This document shows, piece after piece, positions 9,762 through 18,369 of a stretch of DNA of 64,000 bases. How positions within the stretch are numbered: the stretch's first letter is position 1; every line of letters starts with the position of its first letter. Under the pieces are notes generated by a model. That model was not told where the DNA came from. It saw only the letters and a list, made by a program, of their open reading frames with translations, and did not search any database. Both the position numbers and the translations under genes were made by a program. Source of the stretch: Syntrophales bacterium (lineage in GTDB: Bacteria; Desulfobacterota; Syntrophia; Syntrophales; PHBD01); NCBI GenBank assembly GCA_963668175.1, contig OY764159.1, positions 4,025,516-4,089,515 of the forward strand, in the 5' to 3' direction.

Positions 9762-11012
9762 ATGAAAGATGTGGTCATCGTATCCGCCTGCCGCACAGCC
9801 ATAGGCGGATTCGGAGGAACGTTAAGAGACATGAATCTTGCAACCCTGGGCTCCGTGGCCATGAAGGAGGCCGTGAGAAGGGCCGGGATCGATCCGGCCT
9901 TGCTCGGTGATGTCCGCTTCGGCTGCTGCCGGGAGCCCGTCGATACATTGAACGTCGCCCGGATTTCCGCTCTCATGGCGGGAATTCCCGAGGAGGTCAC
10001 CGCCGTCACGATCAACCGGGTCTGTATCTCGGGGATGGAAGCCGTCCAGTCGGGAATGGCCATGATCCAGGCGGAGATGGTGGATGCCGTTCTCGCCGGC
10101 GGCATGGAACATATGTCCGGAATAACTTATTCCGTGCCGAATGCCCGCTGGGGATGCCGATTTCAGGACCAGGTCTTCGTAGACGATATCGTTCATGCCC
10201 TCCATGCCGGCTCCCATGTCCTGCGCGGACTTGAACAGGGGCCGATCAAGGAAGGAGCGATCGTCGACAAGTTTCGCGGTAAACCTTACATCATGGGAAT
10301 CACGGCCGAATTGATCGCTGAAAAATACAACCTGTCCCGGGAAGCAATCGACGAGGTCGCCCTCCGGAGCCACAACAATGCCGAGCGGGCGACCGTCCAG
10401 GGCGATTTCCGGGATGAGATCGTCCCGCTCGAGCTTCCCCAGAAGAAGGGAAAACCGCCCAAGATTTTCGACAAGGACGAACATTTCCGGCCGGGACTCA
10501 CCATGGAGGAACTGGCCTCACTGCCTCCGGCTTTCATCCCCAAAACCGGGAAGGTGACAGCCGGCAACTCATCCGGCGTCAACGACGGGGCGTCCGCCAT
10601 GGTGATTATGTCGGCGGACAAGGCCCGCGAGTTGGGGCTCAAACCCATCGCCAAAATCAAGGCGGTGGGCAGGGGCGGTTGCCACCCTTCCATCATGGGT
10701 ATGAGTCCCGTACCGGCGGTCAAGGACCTTCTCATCAAGTCGCACCTCAAGCTCAGCGATTTCGAGCTGATCGAACTCAACGAGGCCTTCGCCGCCCAAT
10801 ACCTGGGCCTGGAACGGGAACTGGGGTTGAATCGCGAGATCACGAATGTCAACGGTTCCGGCTGCGGTCTCGGCCATCCGGTAGGATCGACCGGCTGCCG
10901 GATCATGGTCACGCTCCTTCATGCCATGAAGAAACGGGGCAAGACCCTGGGGCTGGCCACCCTCTGCGGAGGCGGAGGCGTGTCGCTGGCGACGGCCTTG
11001 GAAATGATGTAA
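9762..11012 (+). CDS. acetyl-CoA C-acetyltransferase / thiolase
   Basis: Thiolase motifs are present: NRVCISGMEAV (nucleophile Cys), NGSGCGLGHPVGSTGCRI and CGGGGVSLATALE. An AGGAGG RBS precedes it. Confidence 0.9.
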   Translation: MKDVVIVSACRTAIGGFGGTLRDMNLATLGSVAMKEAVRRAGIDPALLGDVRFGCCREPVDTLNVARISALMAGIPEEVTAVTINRVCISGMEAVQSGMAMIQAEMVDAVLAGGMEHMSGITYSVPNARWGCRFQDQVFVDDIVHALHAGSHVLRGLEQGPIKEGAIVDKFRGKPYIMGITAELIAEKYNLSREAIDEVALRSHNNAERATVQGDFRDEIVPLELPQKKGKPPKIFDKDEHFRPGLTMEELASLPPAFIPKTGKVTAGNSSGVNDGASAMVIMSADKARELGLKPIAKIKAVGRGGCHPSIMGMSPVPAVKDLLIKSHLKLSDFELIELNEAFAAQYLGLERELGLNREITNVNGSGCGLGHPVGSTGCRIMVTLLHAMKKRGKTLGLATLCGGGGVSLATALEMM

Positions 11013-11030
11013 CTGCATGTTGACAACCGA

Positions 11031-11069
11031 GGGCCGGTCCGTTGCGCTTTCGGATCGGCCCTTTCTGTT
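11031..11069 (+). terminator. Rho-independent terminator ending the CoA cluster
   Basis: GGGCCGGTCCG (11031-41) pairs with CGGATCGGCCC (11051-61). The stem is 11 bp with one G-U pair and a 9-nt loop, and is followed by TTTCTGTT. Confidence 0.7.
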
Positions 11070-11140
11070 ATGGATGAAACAACCGCGTCCCTTTTCATCT
11101 ATCCGGATATGTCCGGCCCCACCGATTGCCCCAAGTCACG

Positions 11141-11169
11141 TTGCAAAGGACGGGATCTTCTGTTATAGA
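11141..11169 (+). promoter_or_regulatory. candidate sigma-70 promoter
   Basis: TTGCAA, a 17-nt spacer, then TATAGA. It lies about 20 nt upstream of the 11190 ORF. Confidence 0.3.
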
Positions 11170-11189
11170 TTCTGTCAACGTCGCCGATC

Positions 11190-11576
11190 ATGGAGGGAAT
11201 CGCCGTGCCTTTGAACAAAAGCATCGCCGTATGGGTTGCCGGCATCGTTCTGGTGCCGGTTCTTGCCGTCGTCATCTATACGTGGATTGCCCTGACCTGG
11301 AGCTATGCAACAGGGGAACGGGCCGGATACGTGCAGAAGCTGTCCAAGAAGGGCTGGGTCTGCAAGACATGGGAAGGGGAAATGGCGCTGGTGACGATGC
11401 CCGGCACGGTCGCCGAAAAATTCTACTTTACCGTCAGGGACGATGCCCTGGCGCAGAAGCTCAATTCCCTCGTCGGAAAACGTCTCACCGTCTCTTACGA
11501 GCAGCACAAAGGCCTGCCGACGACGTGTTTCGGCGAAACGGAATACTTCGCCACATCGGTGAAAGTGATCGAATAG
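11190..11576 (+). CDS. hypothetical protein with an N-terminal transmembrane anchor
   Basis: 128-aa ORF with a hydrophobic segment (IAVWVAGIVLVPVLAVVIYTWIAL). The start could instead be the GTG at 11205, which follows GGAGGG by 6 nt. Confidence 0.6.
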   Translation: MEGIAVPLNKSIAVWVAGIVLVPVLAVVIYTWIALTWSYATGERAGYVQKLSKKGWVCKTWEGEMALVTMPGTVAEKFYFTVRDDALAQKLNSLVGKRLTVSYEQHKGLPTTCFGETEYFATSVKVIE

Positions 11577-11666
11577 GGACGATCATACCGCCTGTGAAGA
11601 AGCCACGCAAGGGCTATCCCTATCCCCTTTAACTATTGCCGGTTACCGACCGTCAAATGAATGCTA

Positions 11667-12092
11667 CTAAAAACGGAAGATAACCCAAGGTGACGCCGAC
11701 GGCTCATCTTTCCGCACCCCTTCCTCGTTTCGCTTCTGGCTTAACTCATTTTTATCGATAAAGCCGTCACGGTTCTTGTCCAGGTTCTTAAACTGCGTCA
11801 TGGAACCCTTTATGAATTCTTCCCGGGATAGCCTGCCGTCTTTATTGGTATCCCACGCCTTAAATAACTTCTTGCCGTCGCGAATGCCCATAGCCTTGAA
11901 CTCGTCCCAATCCAGATATCCGTCATGGTTCTTGTCAAGTCTGTCAAAGAGTTTTCCTGCCGCGTCCCGGTACTCTTTTCGGTCGATCTTCTTGTTGCCG
12001 TCGGCGTCGATTCCGCCGAATAAGTCGTCTTCGGCAAACGCCGGGACCGCGACCATGACTGCCATCAAAACCGTTATGAACATTCTGAGCAT
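11667..12092 (-). CDS. exported EF-hand calcium-binding protein (4 EF-hand loops)
   Basis: It has a signal peptide (MLRMFITVLMAVMVAVPAFA) and four DxDxDG-type loops: DADGNKKIDRKE, DKNHDGYLDWDE, DTNKDGRLSREE and DKNRDGFIDKNE. An AAGGAGAG RBS precedes it. Confidence 0.85.
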   Translation of the reverse strand: MLRMFITVLMAVMVAVPAFAEDDLFGGIDADGNKKIDRKEYRDAAGKLFDRLDKNHDGYLDWDEFKAMGIRDGKKLFKAWDTNKDGRLSREEFIKGSMTQFKNLDKNRDGFIDKNELSQKRNEEGVRKDEPSASPWVIFRF

Positions 12093-12204
12093 CGTCTCTC
12101 TCCTTATCCTGAATCATTTCCCGTACGGGGAAGTCTTCCATATCCCGGTCAATTAGTCAACTCTAGCCTTACACTCGTGTGTAATCATTTTCCGCAATAC
12201 CCCA

Positions 12205-12233
12205 TTGACGGTCAGGCAGCATTTCCTTATACT
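12205..12233 (+). promoter_or_regulatory. candidate sigma-70 promoter with a ~160-nt leader
   Basis: TTGACG, a 17-nt spacer, then TATACT. It points towards the 12398 CDS. Confidence 0.45.
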
Positions 12234-12397
12234 GAAAACTGATGCGGATTCTGCATTGCTTACGCAGGATATGCATGAAAAGAAAAGGAGGAATCGTATT
12301 CCCCGTCGGACGCGCAAGTTCCGGTCCGGATTAGATCGTATGCGTCAGGTTGGCATACGCGTACTCACGATCCATCAGCTATCGAGGGAGGGCACCC

Positions 12398-13354
12398 ATG
12401 ATCAGAACCAGAATAACGGAATTGTTCGGCCTGCGTTACCCCATCATCCAGGCGGGCATGGTCTGGACCAGCGGCTGGCGGCTGGCGGCCGCCGTAGCGG
12501 AAGCCGGGGGACTGGGCCTCATCGGAGCCGGCTCCATGACGCCCGAACTGCTCCGGGAACACATCCATAAGATCGGGCAGGCAGGAACAAAAGGGGTATG
12601 GGGGGTGAACCTGCCCATCTTCTTTCAGTATGCCGACGACATGGCGAGGGTCATCACGGAAGAAGGCGTGAAGATCGTCTTCACTTCGGGCGGAAGTCCC
12701 AAGAAATATACGGGACGGTTCAAAGACGCAGGCATCAAGGTCGTGCATGTCACTTCAACGCCGGAACTCGCGTCGAAATGCGAAGAGGCGGGCGTGGACG
12801 CCGTCGTTGTAGAAGGTTTCGAGGCAGGTGGACATAACGGGCGGGACGAACTGACAACCCTCGTCCTGGTTCCCCAGACCAGGGACGCCGTAAAAATTCC
12901 GGTGATTGCCGCCGGAGGCATCTACGACGGCCGCGGCGTGGCCGCCGTCCTGGCCATGGGGGCGGACGGAGCCCAGATCGGGAGCCGGTTTGCGGCAACG
13001 GTCGAATCAAGCTGTCATCCGAAATTCAAGGAGGCCATGGTCAAGGCCTCGCCGACCGACACGTTTCTCATCCTGAAAAAAATGATCCCCGCCCGGGTCA
13101 TCAAGAACGAGTGGTATGAGCGGATAGCGGAGGCGGAAGGCCGGGGCGCGTCGCAGGAAGAGTTGCTGCAGTTGATCGGCGAAAAGCGAACCCGGCTGGG
13201 TATGTTTGAAGGCGAGCTTCACGAGGGAGAACTGCAGATAGGACAAATCGCCGGTGCGATCCACGACGTGAGACCTACGGGAGAACTCGTTCACGAAATC
13301 GGCAAGGAGTGCGAGCAGGTACTGCAAAATCTCCACGGAAGGATCGTGGCCTGA
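12398..13354 (+). CDS. nitronate monooxygenase / FabK-like FMN-dependent enoyl reductase family protein
   Basis: The N-terminus is typical of the family (LFGLRYPIIQAGMVWTSGWRLAAAVAEAGGLGLIGAGSM). Also present are VVVEGFEAGGH and VIAAGGIYDGRG. The start is moved to the ATG at 12398, downstream of GAGGGAGG. Confidence 0.85.
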   Translation: MIRTRITELFGLRYPIIQAGMVWTSGWRLAAAVAEAGGLGLIGAGSMTPELLREHIHKIGQAGTKGVWGVNLPIFFQYADDMARVITEEGVKIVFTSGGSPKKYTGRFKDAGIKVVHVTSTPELASKCEEAGVDAVVVEGFEAGGHNGRDELTTLVLVPQTRDAVKIPVIAAGGIYDGRGVAAVLAMGADGAQIGSRFAATVESSCHPKFKEAMVKASPTDTFLILKKMIPARVIKNEWYERIAEAEGRGASQEELLQLIGEKRTRLGMFEGELHEGELQIGQIAGAIHDVRPTGELVHEIGKECEQVLQNLHGRIVA

Positions 13355-13378
13355 CAGGTGATACACAATCCCGCCGAA

Positions 13379-14182
13379 TCAGAAGAGACACGTCTCGCCG
13401 GCAAGGGGCTTCCACTCGAACCACGCCCCGAGAGCGAGACGGTCCGCCCACTGGTCGATCATCGCCCGGTCCCCCTCGTGACTGTCGGGATAATCGTTCT
13501 CCGTTATCCTCGCCAGGGAGCTTCCTTCAAAGATGAAAACCGTACTATGGTAGGGCGCGACAAGGTCGAGCTGGAAAAAGTCTTCCAAGACCTTGAAATA
13601 GACGTAGTTCATGATATTGGATGCCCGGTAAATCTTTGACGGCATGACGCTTCCAACATCCAAAGATATCGACATAACGGCGACGGCCCGCTGGTCATTC
13701 AAAGCCTTGATCTGCATGTCCCTGAGAAAAGGAAAACTACCGCAGATCCATCTGTTGATCATAATCTCCGTGGGCATCCTCGTCAGTTGGTAAACAAGTC
13801 CTTCATACCACATCACGATCATTTGCCTTATCTTGTCTTTCCCGTAGAAGGCGGTAAGTCGGTGAATCTCGTCGTCCATTTCCATGAGATAAGCCATCAT
13901 GGTCCGCTTGTTGGCTACGGGAACATACCGGTTTTCAGCGTCAGCCCCATAAAGCCTCAGGATATGGCCGCACCGGCTGACGATGGCGTAGTCGATTTGC
14001 CCACCCAGTTTACCGTTATAATAAAGCTCATGGAAGGACGAATCCGGCCCGGCCAACCTGATCCGGACAGGGACCGTCAAATCCTTCTTCTCCACATAGT
14101 GAAATGGTTTCAGGGATATCTCTTCCACTTTCCTGAGAACGGCCCGGACGGTCTCCGGTAGATCGAGCGGCATTGGCTTCAT
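13379..14182 (-). CDS. hypothetical protein (no recognisable domain)
   Basis: 267-aa ORF with ordinary globular composition, converging on the previous gene. I recognise no motif. Confidence 0.65.
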   Translation of the reverse strand: MKPMPLDLPETVRAVLRKVEEISLKPFHYVEKKDLTVPVRIRLAGPDSSFHELYYNGKLGGQIDYAIVSRCGHILRLYGADAENRYVPVANKRTMMAYLMEMDDEIHRLTAFYGKDKIRQMIVMWYEGLVYQLTRMPTEIMINRWICGSFPFLRDMQIKALNDQRAVAVMSISLDVGSVMPSKIYRASNIMNYVYFKVLEDFFQLDLVAPYHSTVFIFEGSSLARITENDYPDSHEGDRAMIDQWADRLALGAWFEWKPLAGETCLF

Positions 14183-14327
14183 ACCTTAAGGGATTGCATC
14201 CATGACCGGGGCGCGGCATCGTCAACCGTCTGTCTTGAGCCCACCGGTCGTTGAAGGACAACCTAACGATTCCGACTCTATCAGCGTTTTGATGACTTCT
14301 CCCTCACTTTAAGAAAAGGAAGAGGCG

Positions 14328-14594
14328 ATGTCAATGACAGACCTTACAATTCTCAAGACCCCCTCAAATCAAAGAAAGAAATTCCTTGGCTGTATAAAGA
14401 ACCGCGTAACGGTGTTCGCACTGCAAAAACCGCTACGCAGCAAATATCCCGTAAACCGGCCTTTGCATCTAATCTTTCCAGATGACCAGATCGACTTATC
14501 GCTAACAATATCAAGGCATTTCATTAATTCTCCACATTCTGTCCAGTCTGGCACGAATTGTGTTCATATAATTTCTCAAAACGGTGCGGCGTGA
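14328..14594 (+). CDS. possible small hypothetical protein
   Basis: 88 codons stay open in an AT-rich stretch, where stop codons should be frequent. AGGAAGAGG lies just upstream of the ATG. No motif is visible, and the ORF overlaps the candidate promoter at 14548. Confidence 0.25.
   Translation: MSMTDLTILKTPSNQRKKFLGCIKNRVTVFALQKPLRSKYPVNRPLHLIFPDDQIDLSLTISRHFINSPHSVQSGTNCVHIISQNGAA
14548..14571 (+). promoter_or_regulatory. candidate promoter: perfect sigma-54 -24 box with a weak -12, overlapping a perfect sigma-70 -10 hexamer
   Basis: TGGCACG at 14548-14554. At the correct GG-N10 spacing the -12 reads gTGt instead of TTGC. TATAAT at 14566-14571 has no good -35. The site lies 75-95 nt upstream of the ATG at 14645. 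Confidence 0.25.
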
Positions 14595-14644
14595 CATGTA
14601 AAGCTCGTCTCCGTAATATTTCAGATATTCACAGGGAGGCTGTT

Positions 14645-15079
14645 ATGGCAAAGAAAAAGACCGTAAGGAAAATGCATGACGTGGACCGCAGCTTCAGCAA
14701 AGCCGATGAGACGGATAAAGGCTTATGGCTGGAGGCTTTTGATAAATACTACGAAGAGAATCTGGCGGTCTCGGAAGAGACCTTATCTCACAGAGATGAA
14801 GCCGAACCTCAGCCCCCCGGCCTTTACGGGGTGGAAAACCTCTTCAATGGAGAGATGGAGGCCATTCTGGTCCTGGGAACGGCCGACAAGACCAAATCCA
14901 TCTCGCAAGCCGTCAAGTCCCAGCAGGGAATTGCAGCCTTTACACTGGCCTACGCGGGCCGCGGCGTTTTCAGATACGCCTTGCCTTCGGAAGAGGAGTC
15001 CATCACCGGTTCCCTCAGGCTTATGCCGAGCGATCCGGCAAGGGTCGGGAACAGTTCCGATACTCTGAGGCAGTGGTAA
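14645..15079 (+). CDS. hypothetical protein
   Basis: 144 aa counted from the ATG that follows GGGAGG; the ORF track starts earlier, at 14558. A strong terminator follows it. No domain is recognised. Confidence 0.6.
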   Translation: MAKKKTVRKMHDVDRSFSKADETDKGLWLEAFDKYYEENLAVSEETLSHRDEAEPQPPGLYGVENLFNGEMEAILVLGTADKTKSISQAVKSQQGIAAFTLAYAGRGVFRYALPSEEESITGSLRLMPSDPARVGNSSDTLRQW

Positions 15080-15160
15080 CGTCCAAGGCTGTCGGAGGCC
15101 ATCCGCTCAAATCGTACCGACATCGGATGTTTTTTATCCCGCGATTCAGCGCGAATTCCT

Positions 15161-15193
15161 ATCCCCCTTTCTTCTCGGAAGGGGGATTTTTTT
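15161..15193 (+). terminator. Rho-independent terminator
   Basis: ATCCCCCTT pairs with AAGGGGGAT in a perfect 9-bp stem with a 9-nt loop, followed by TTTTTT. A weaker hairpin plus T-run (CATCCG...CGGATG TTTTTT) sits just upstream at about 15100-15135. Confidence 0.8.
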
Positions 15194-15273
15194 GCGGGAA
15201 TGCCCCGGGAGGGGAGTGCGTATTTTCATGGCGGCGCCGGTCTCCTTGACTAACCTTCCTTTTGCTTATATCA

Positions 15274-15282
15274 TGGTATAAT
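15274..15282 (+). promoter_or_regulatory. candidate extended -10 promoter (TGgTATAAT)
   Basis: TGGTATAAT lies 21 nt upstream of the kinase ATG at 15303. Confidence 0.3.
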
Positions 15283-15302
15283 TAAAAAAGCGGCGGTTCC
15301 TC

Positions 15303-16826
15303 ATGGAAACCTTTACTCTCGCGGCCATCAGCCTGACGATAGCCATTTCCCTGACCATCAACAAGAAAAGGGACGGCCTGCAACTCTCTTTTGCCGCGCT
15401 CTGTTTGGCTGTTTTTTTTCACAAAAGCGGGGTTTTCTTCCATGACTTGCTGAAAAACCCTTTCTGGAAAATGATCGCCGATATGGGTCTCGTCGCGACG
15501 GCACCGCTCGCAATCCGTTTTACATCGGCCCTGTCGAACGGACTGAGTTTCCTCACCCCCAAATGGACCGTATCCGCGACCTTCATGGCCGTTCTGCTGT
15601 CCGCGGCCACCTTCACGCCCCTTGACCGCTGGCTTTATATGGACACGGTTCTCCGGACATTTTCATTTGGTATGCTGGGTCTCTGTTATCTCGCACTGCT
15701 TCATTATACAAAATCCAAAGTGGCCGGTATCGAAAGATGGAGGTTTATTTATCTGTCGACAGCCTGTACGGTCTCAGCCGTCTTGAGCCTTCTCGATTTG
15801 TTCCATTACTTCGGTTATAATTTTCCCCGTTTGTCGGATATCGTCATTGCCGGTCTCCTCTATTTTGTATTCATGTTCATCACCCATCACCGTCTTATAG
15901 AAATTCAGGAGTTGATGGCCCGAGCCCTCTTTATCGCCATTCTAACGATGTTTGCGGCGATTGCCATCTATTCCGTTATCGGACTGTTCGGCATGGGCGT
16001 CACCCTGCCGTTCACCCCGGTTCTGCTGGCTTCCTTTATCATCGTCATTTCCATCAGCCCTTTCCGGGAAATTCTGGAGAAACTGTTCGGCAAACTTTAC
16101 CCGGACAGCAAAGACCTGTTCACGTCCATGTTTACCTTTGACGAAAAAATCGAGCGCGAAAAATCCGTGATGCTGGAGGAAATGGCTCCCGTCCTTGCTC
16201 ACGAGATCCGCAACCCCCTAGGATCCATCAAAGGTGCGGCGCAGTATCTGCGCTCGGAGGCAACGACCGAGGAAAACGAGAAACTCCTGGACGTCATCAT
16301 TGAAGAGGTCAACAGATTGAACAGTGTTGTTTCGCAGTTCCTCGACTTTGCGAAACCTTATACGTTGACGCTGAAGCCGACGGATATCAACCAAATCATC
16401 GAAAAGGCCGTTTCGATCATCAAGGCCAATGACATATCCGGAAAAATAACCATAGAGAGAGAACTTCGGCCTCACCTGCCGCCGATCATGGCAGACCAGG
16501 AACAGATCATCCAGGTGATCCTGAATATCGCCTTCAACGGCATTGAAGCCATGCCGGAAGGCGGAACGCTCACATTCAGAACGACCAAGATCGCAAGCGA
16601 TGTAGGCGACGCCATAGGAATCTCCATCCGCGACACGGGCGCAGGCATCAAGAAGGAGGAGATGATCAACATTTTCAAGCCGTTTTTTACGACCAAGGAA
16701 CGCGGCGTAGGGCTTGGATTGGCCATCTGCCGGAAAATCATCAAGACCCATGGCGGCCATATCCGCGCCAAGTCCATCGTCGGACAGGGAAGCATCTTTT
16801 ATATCAGATTGGGCACGGCCTATTGA
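15303..16826 (+). CDS. membrane sensor histidine kinase (NtrB-like transmitter)
   Basis: The N-terminal half is polytopic and hydrophobic. An H-box (LAHEIRNPLGSIKGAAQYL) and HATPase motifs (NGIEAMPEGG, IRDTGAGI, GVGLGLAICRKII) are present. Confidence 0.9.
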   Translation: METFTLAAISLTIAISLTINKKRDGLQLSFAALCLAVFFHKSGVFFHDLLKNPFWKMIADMGLVATAPLAIRFTSALSNGLSFLTPKWTVSATFMAVLLSAATFTPLDRWLYMDTVLRTFSFGMLGLCYLALLHYTKSKVAGIERWRFIYLSTACTVSAVLSLLDLFHYFGYNFPRLSDIVIAGLLYFVFMFITHHRLIEIQELMARALFIAILTMFAAIAIYSVIGLFGMGVTLPFTPVLLASFIIVISISPFREILEKLFGKLYPDSKDLFTSMFTFDEKIEREKSVMLEEMAPVLAHEIRNPLGSIKGAAQYLRSEATTEENEKLLDVIIEEVNRLNSVVSQFLDFAKPYTLTLKPTDINQIIEKAVSIIKANDISGKITIERELRPHLPPIMADQEQIIQVILNIAFNGIEAMPEGGTLTFRTTKIASDVGDAIGISIRDTGAGIKKEEMINIFKPFFTTKERGVGLGLAICRKIIKTHGGHIRAKSIVGQGSIFYIRLGTAY

Positions 16827-16870
16827 GACGCGTCCTTGACACGACAAACATTCCATAATAGATCAAACCT

Positions 16871-18238
16871 ATGAAAAATATCCTCGTAGTTGACGATGAA
16901 TTAAATATGCGCCTCGTTCTGAAGGCCATGCTGAAGAAGGAGGGATACGACGTCGTCCTGGCATCCGACGGCGCCGAGGCTCTGGACATTCTCAAAAAGG
17001 AGGAGATAAGCATTGTGGTGTCCGATCTGAAGATGCCCAGGCTCGACGGAATGGAACTCCTGGAGAGGGTATCCCAATCGTGGCCGTCCATACCGGTCAT
17101 CATCATCACGGCCCACGGCACGATCGCTACTGCGGTCGATGCCTTGAAAAAAGGCGCTTTCGATTACATCACAAAACCCTTCGAGCAGGACGAACTGAAG
17201 AACATCATCTTTAAAGCCATCAAGACCAAGACCTTAAACGAAGGCGAAGCCCTCTTCCGGCCGGACGATATCGAACGTTACGGCATTATCGGCAACAGCA
17301 AAGTCATGCTGGAGACATACGATGTCATTAAAAAGGTCGCCCCGACGACAACGACGGTGATGATTACGGGAGAGACGGGAACGGGAAAGGAACTTATCGC
17401 CAATGCCGTTCATGTGAACAGTCCCCGGCGTCAGAACCCCTTCATCAAGATCAACTGTGCCGCTATCCCGGAAAATCTCATGGAGAGCGAACTCTTCGGC
17501 TTCGAGAAAGGGGCTTTCACCGGCGCCGTCGTCGGCAAACCGGGGAAATTCGAACTGGCCCATAAGGGAACCCTGTTTCTGGACGAAGTGGGAGAATTAT
17601 CCAAGGAGATGCAGGTCAAAATCCTGACCGTGATCCAGGACCATCAATTCGAGCGGGTCGGCGGAATCCGCACCATCAAAGTCGATGTGAGGCTGATTAC
17701 CGCGACCAATCGCAATCTGCGCCAGGACGTGAAGAACGGAACCTTCCGGGAAGATCTTTTCTACAGGCTCAATGTTTTCCCCATTCACGTTCCCCCGCTC
17801 AGAGAGCGAAGAGAGGATATCCCGCTTCTCGTCGACTATTTTCTGGACAAATTCAACAAGAAGCTGAACCGCTCCGTCAAATCGATCGAACCGGCCGTCA
17901 TGGACATCCTGGAACAGTACGATTGGCCAGGAAATATCCGGGAGTTGGAGAATTTCACGGAAAGACTCGTGCTTATGGCCCAGGGAGAAACTATCGGGCC
18001 CCAGGATATCCCCGGTGAATGGAAAACAGCCGCGGAATCGTCGATCCTGGTTAAATCGGACGACCGGAAGACAGCCCTGAAAGACTGGATCAAAAACCAG
18101 ACGGAAGAAATAGAAAAACAGATGATCACAAAAGTCCTCGACGAATGCGGAGACAATGTGACCAGGGCGGCCAAGCAACTGGGCATGAGTAGAAAGGGAC
18201 TCCAACTCAAGATGATTAAGTATGACCTCCGGAAATAG
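16871..18238 (+). CDS. sigma-54-dependent response regulator (NtrC family)
   Basis: It has a receiver domain (ILVVDDE...VSDLKMP), an AAA+ domain (GETGTGKE) with the GAFTGA loop (ESELFGFEKGAFTGA), and a C-terminal Fis-type HTH (NVTRAAKQLGMSRKGL). Confidence 0.95.
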   Translation: MKNILVVDDELNMRLVLKAMLKKEGYDVVLASDGAEALDILKKEEISIVVSDLKMPRLDGMELLERVSQSWPSIPVIIITAHGTIATAVDALKKGAFDYITKPFEQDELKNIIFKAIKTKTLNEGEALFRPDDIERYGIIGNSKVMLETYDVIKKVAPTTTTVMITGETGTGKELIANAVHVNSPRRQNPFIKINCAAIPENLMESELFGFEKGAFTGAVVGKPGKFELAHKGTLFLDEVGELSKEMQVKILTVIQDHQFERVGGIRTIKVDVRLITATNRNLRQDVKNGTFREDLFYRLNVFPIHVPPLRERREDIPLLVDYFLDKFNKKLNRSVKSIEPAVMDILEQYDWPGNIRELENFTERLVLMAQGETIGPQDIPGEWKTAAESSILVKSDDRKTALKDWIKNQTEEIEKQMITKVLDECGDNVTRAAKQLGMSRKGLQLKMIKYDLRK

Positions 18239-18332
18239 CCAAAATCATGCATGAAATTACTCACCAAAAGACGAATCTCTTTTTAATATTGCTGACGCTT
18301 AAACTTATATGGCGAAGAAATCCGTCCGGTTA

Positions 18333-18361
18333 TTGACACCTGCCGCAAGACAGTGTATCAA
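18333..18361 (+). promoter_or_regulatory. candidate sigma-70 promoter
   Basis: TTGACA, a 17-nt spacer, then TATCAA. It lies immediately upstream of the 18370/18391 start codons. Confidence 0.3.
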
Positions 18362-18369
18362 TATATAAA

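Noticed and set aside
11126-11632. A 168-aa plus-strand ORF overlapping the 11190..11576 gene in another frame.
   Set aside because: Its product is Arg/Gly-rich. The 128-aa frame gives a sensible TM anchor plus a globular domain and is preceded by promoter- and RBS-like elements.
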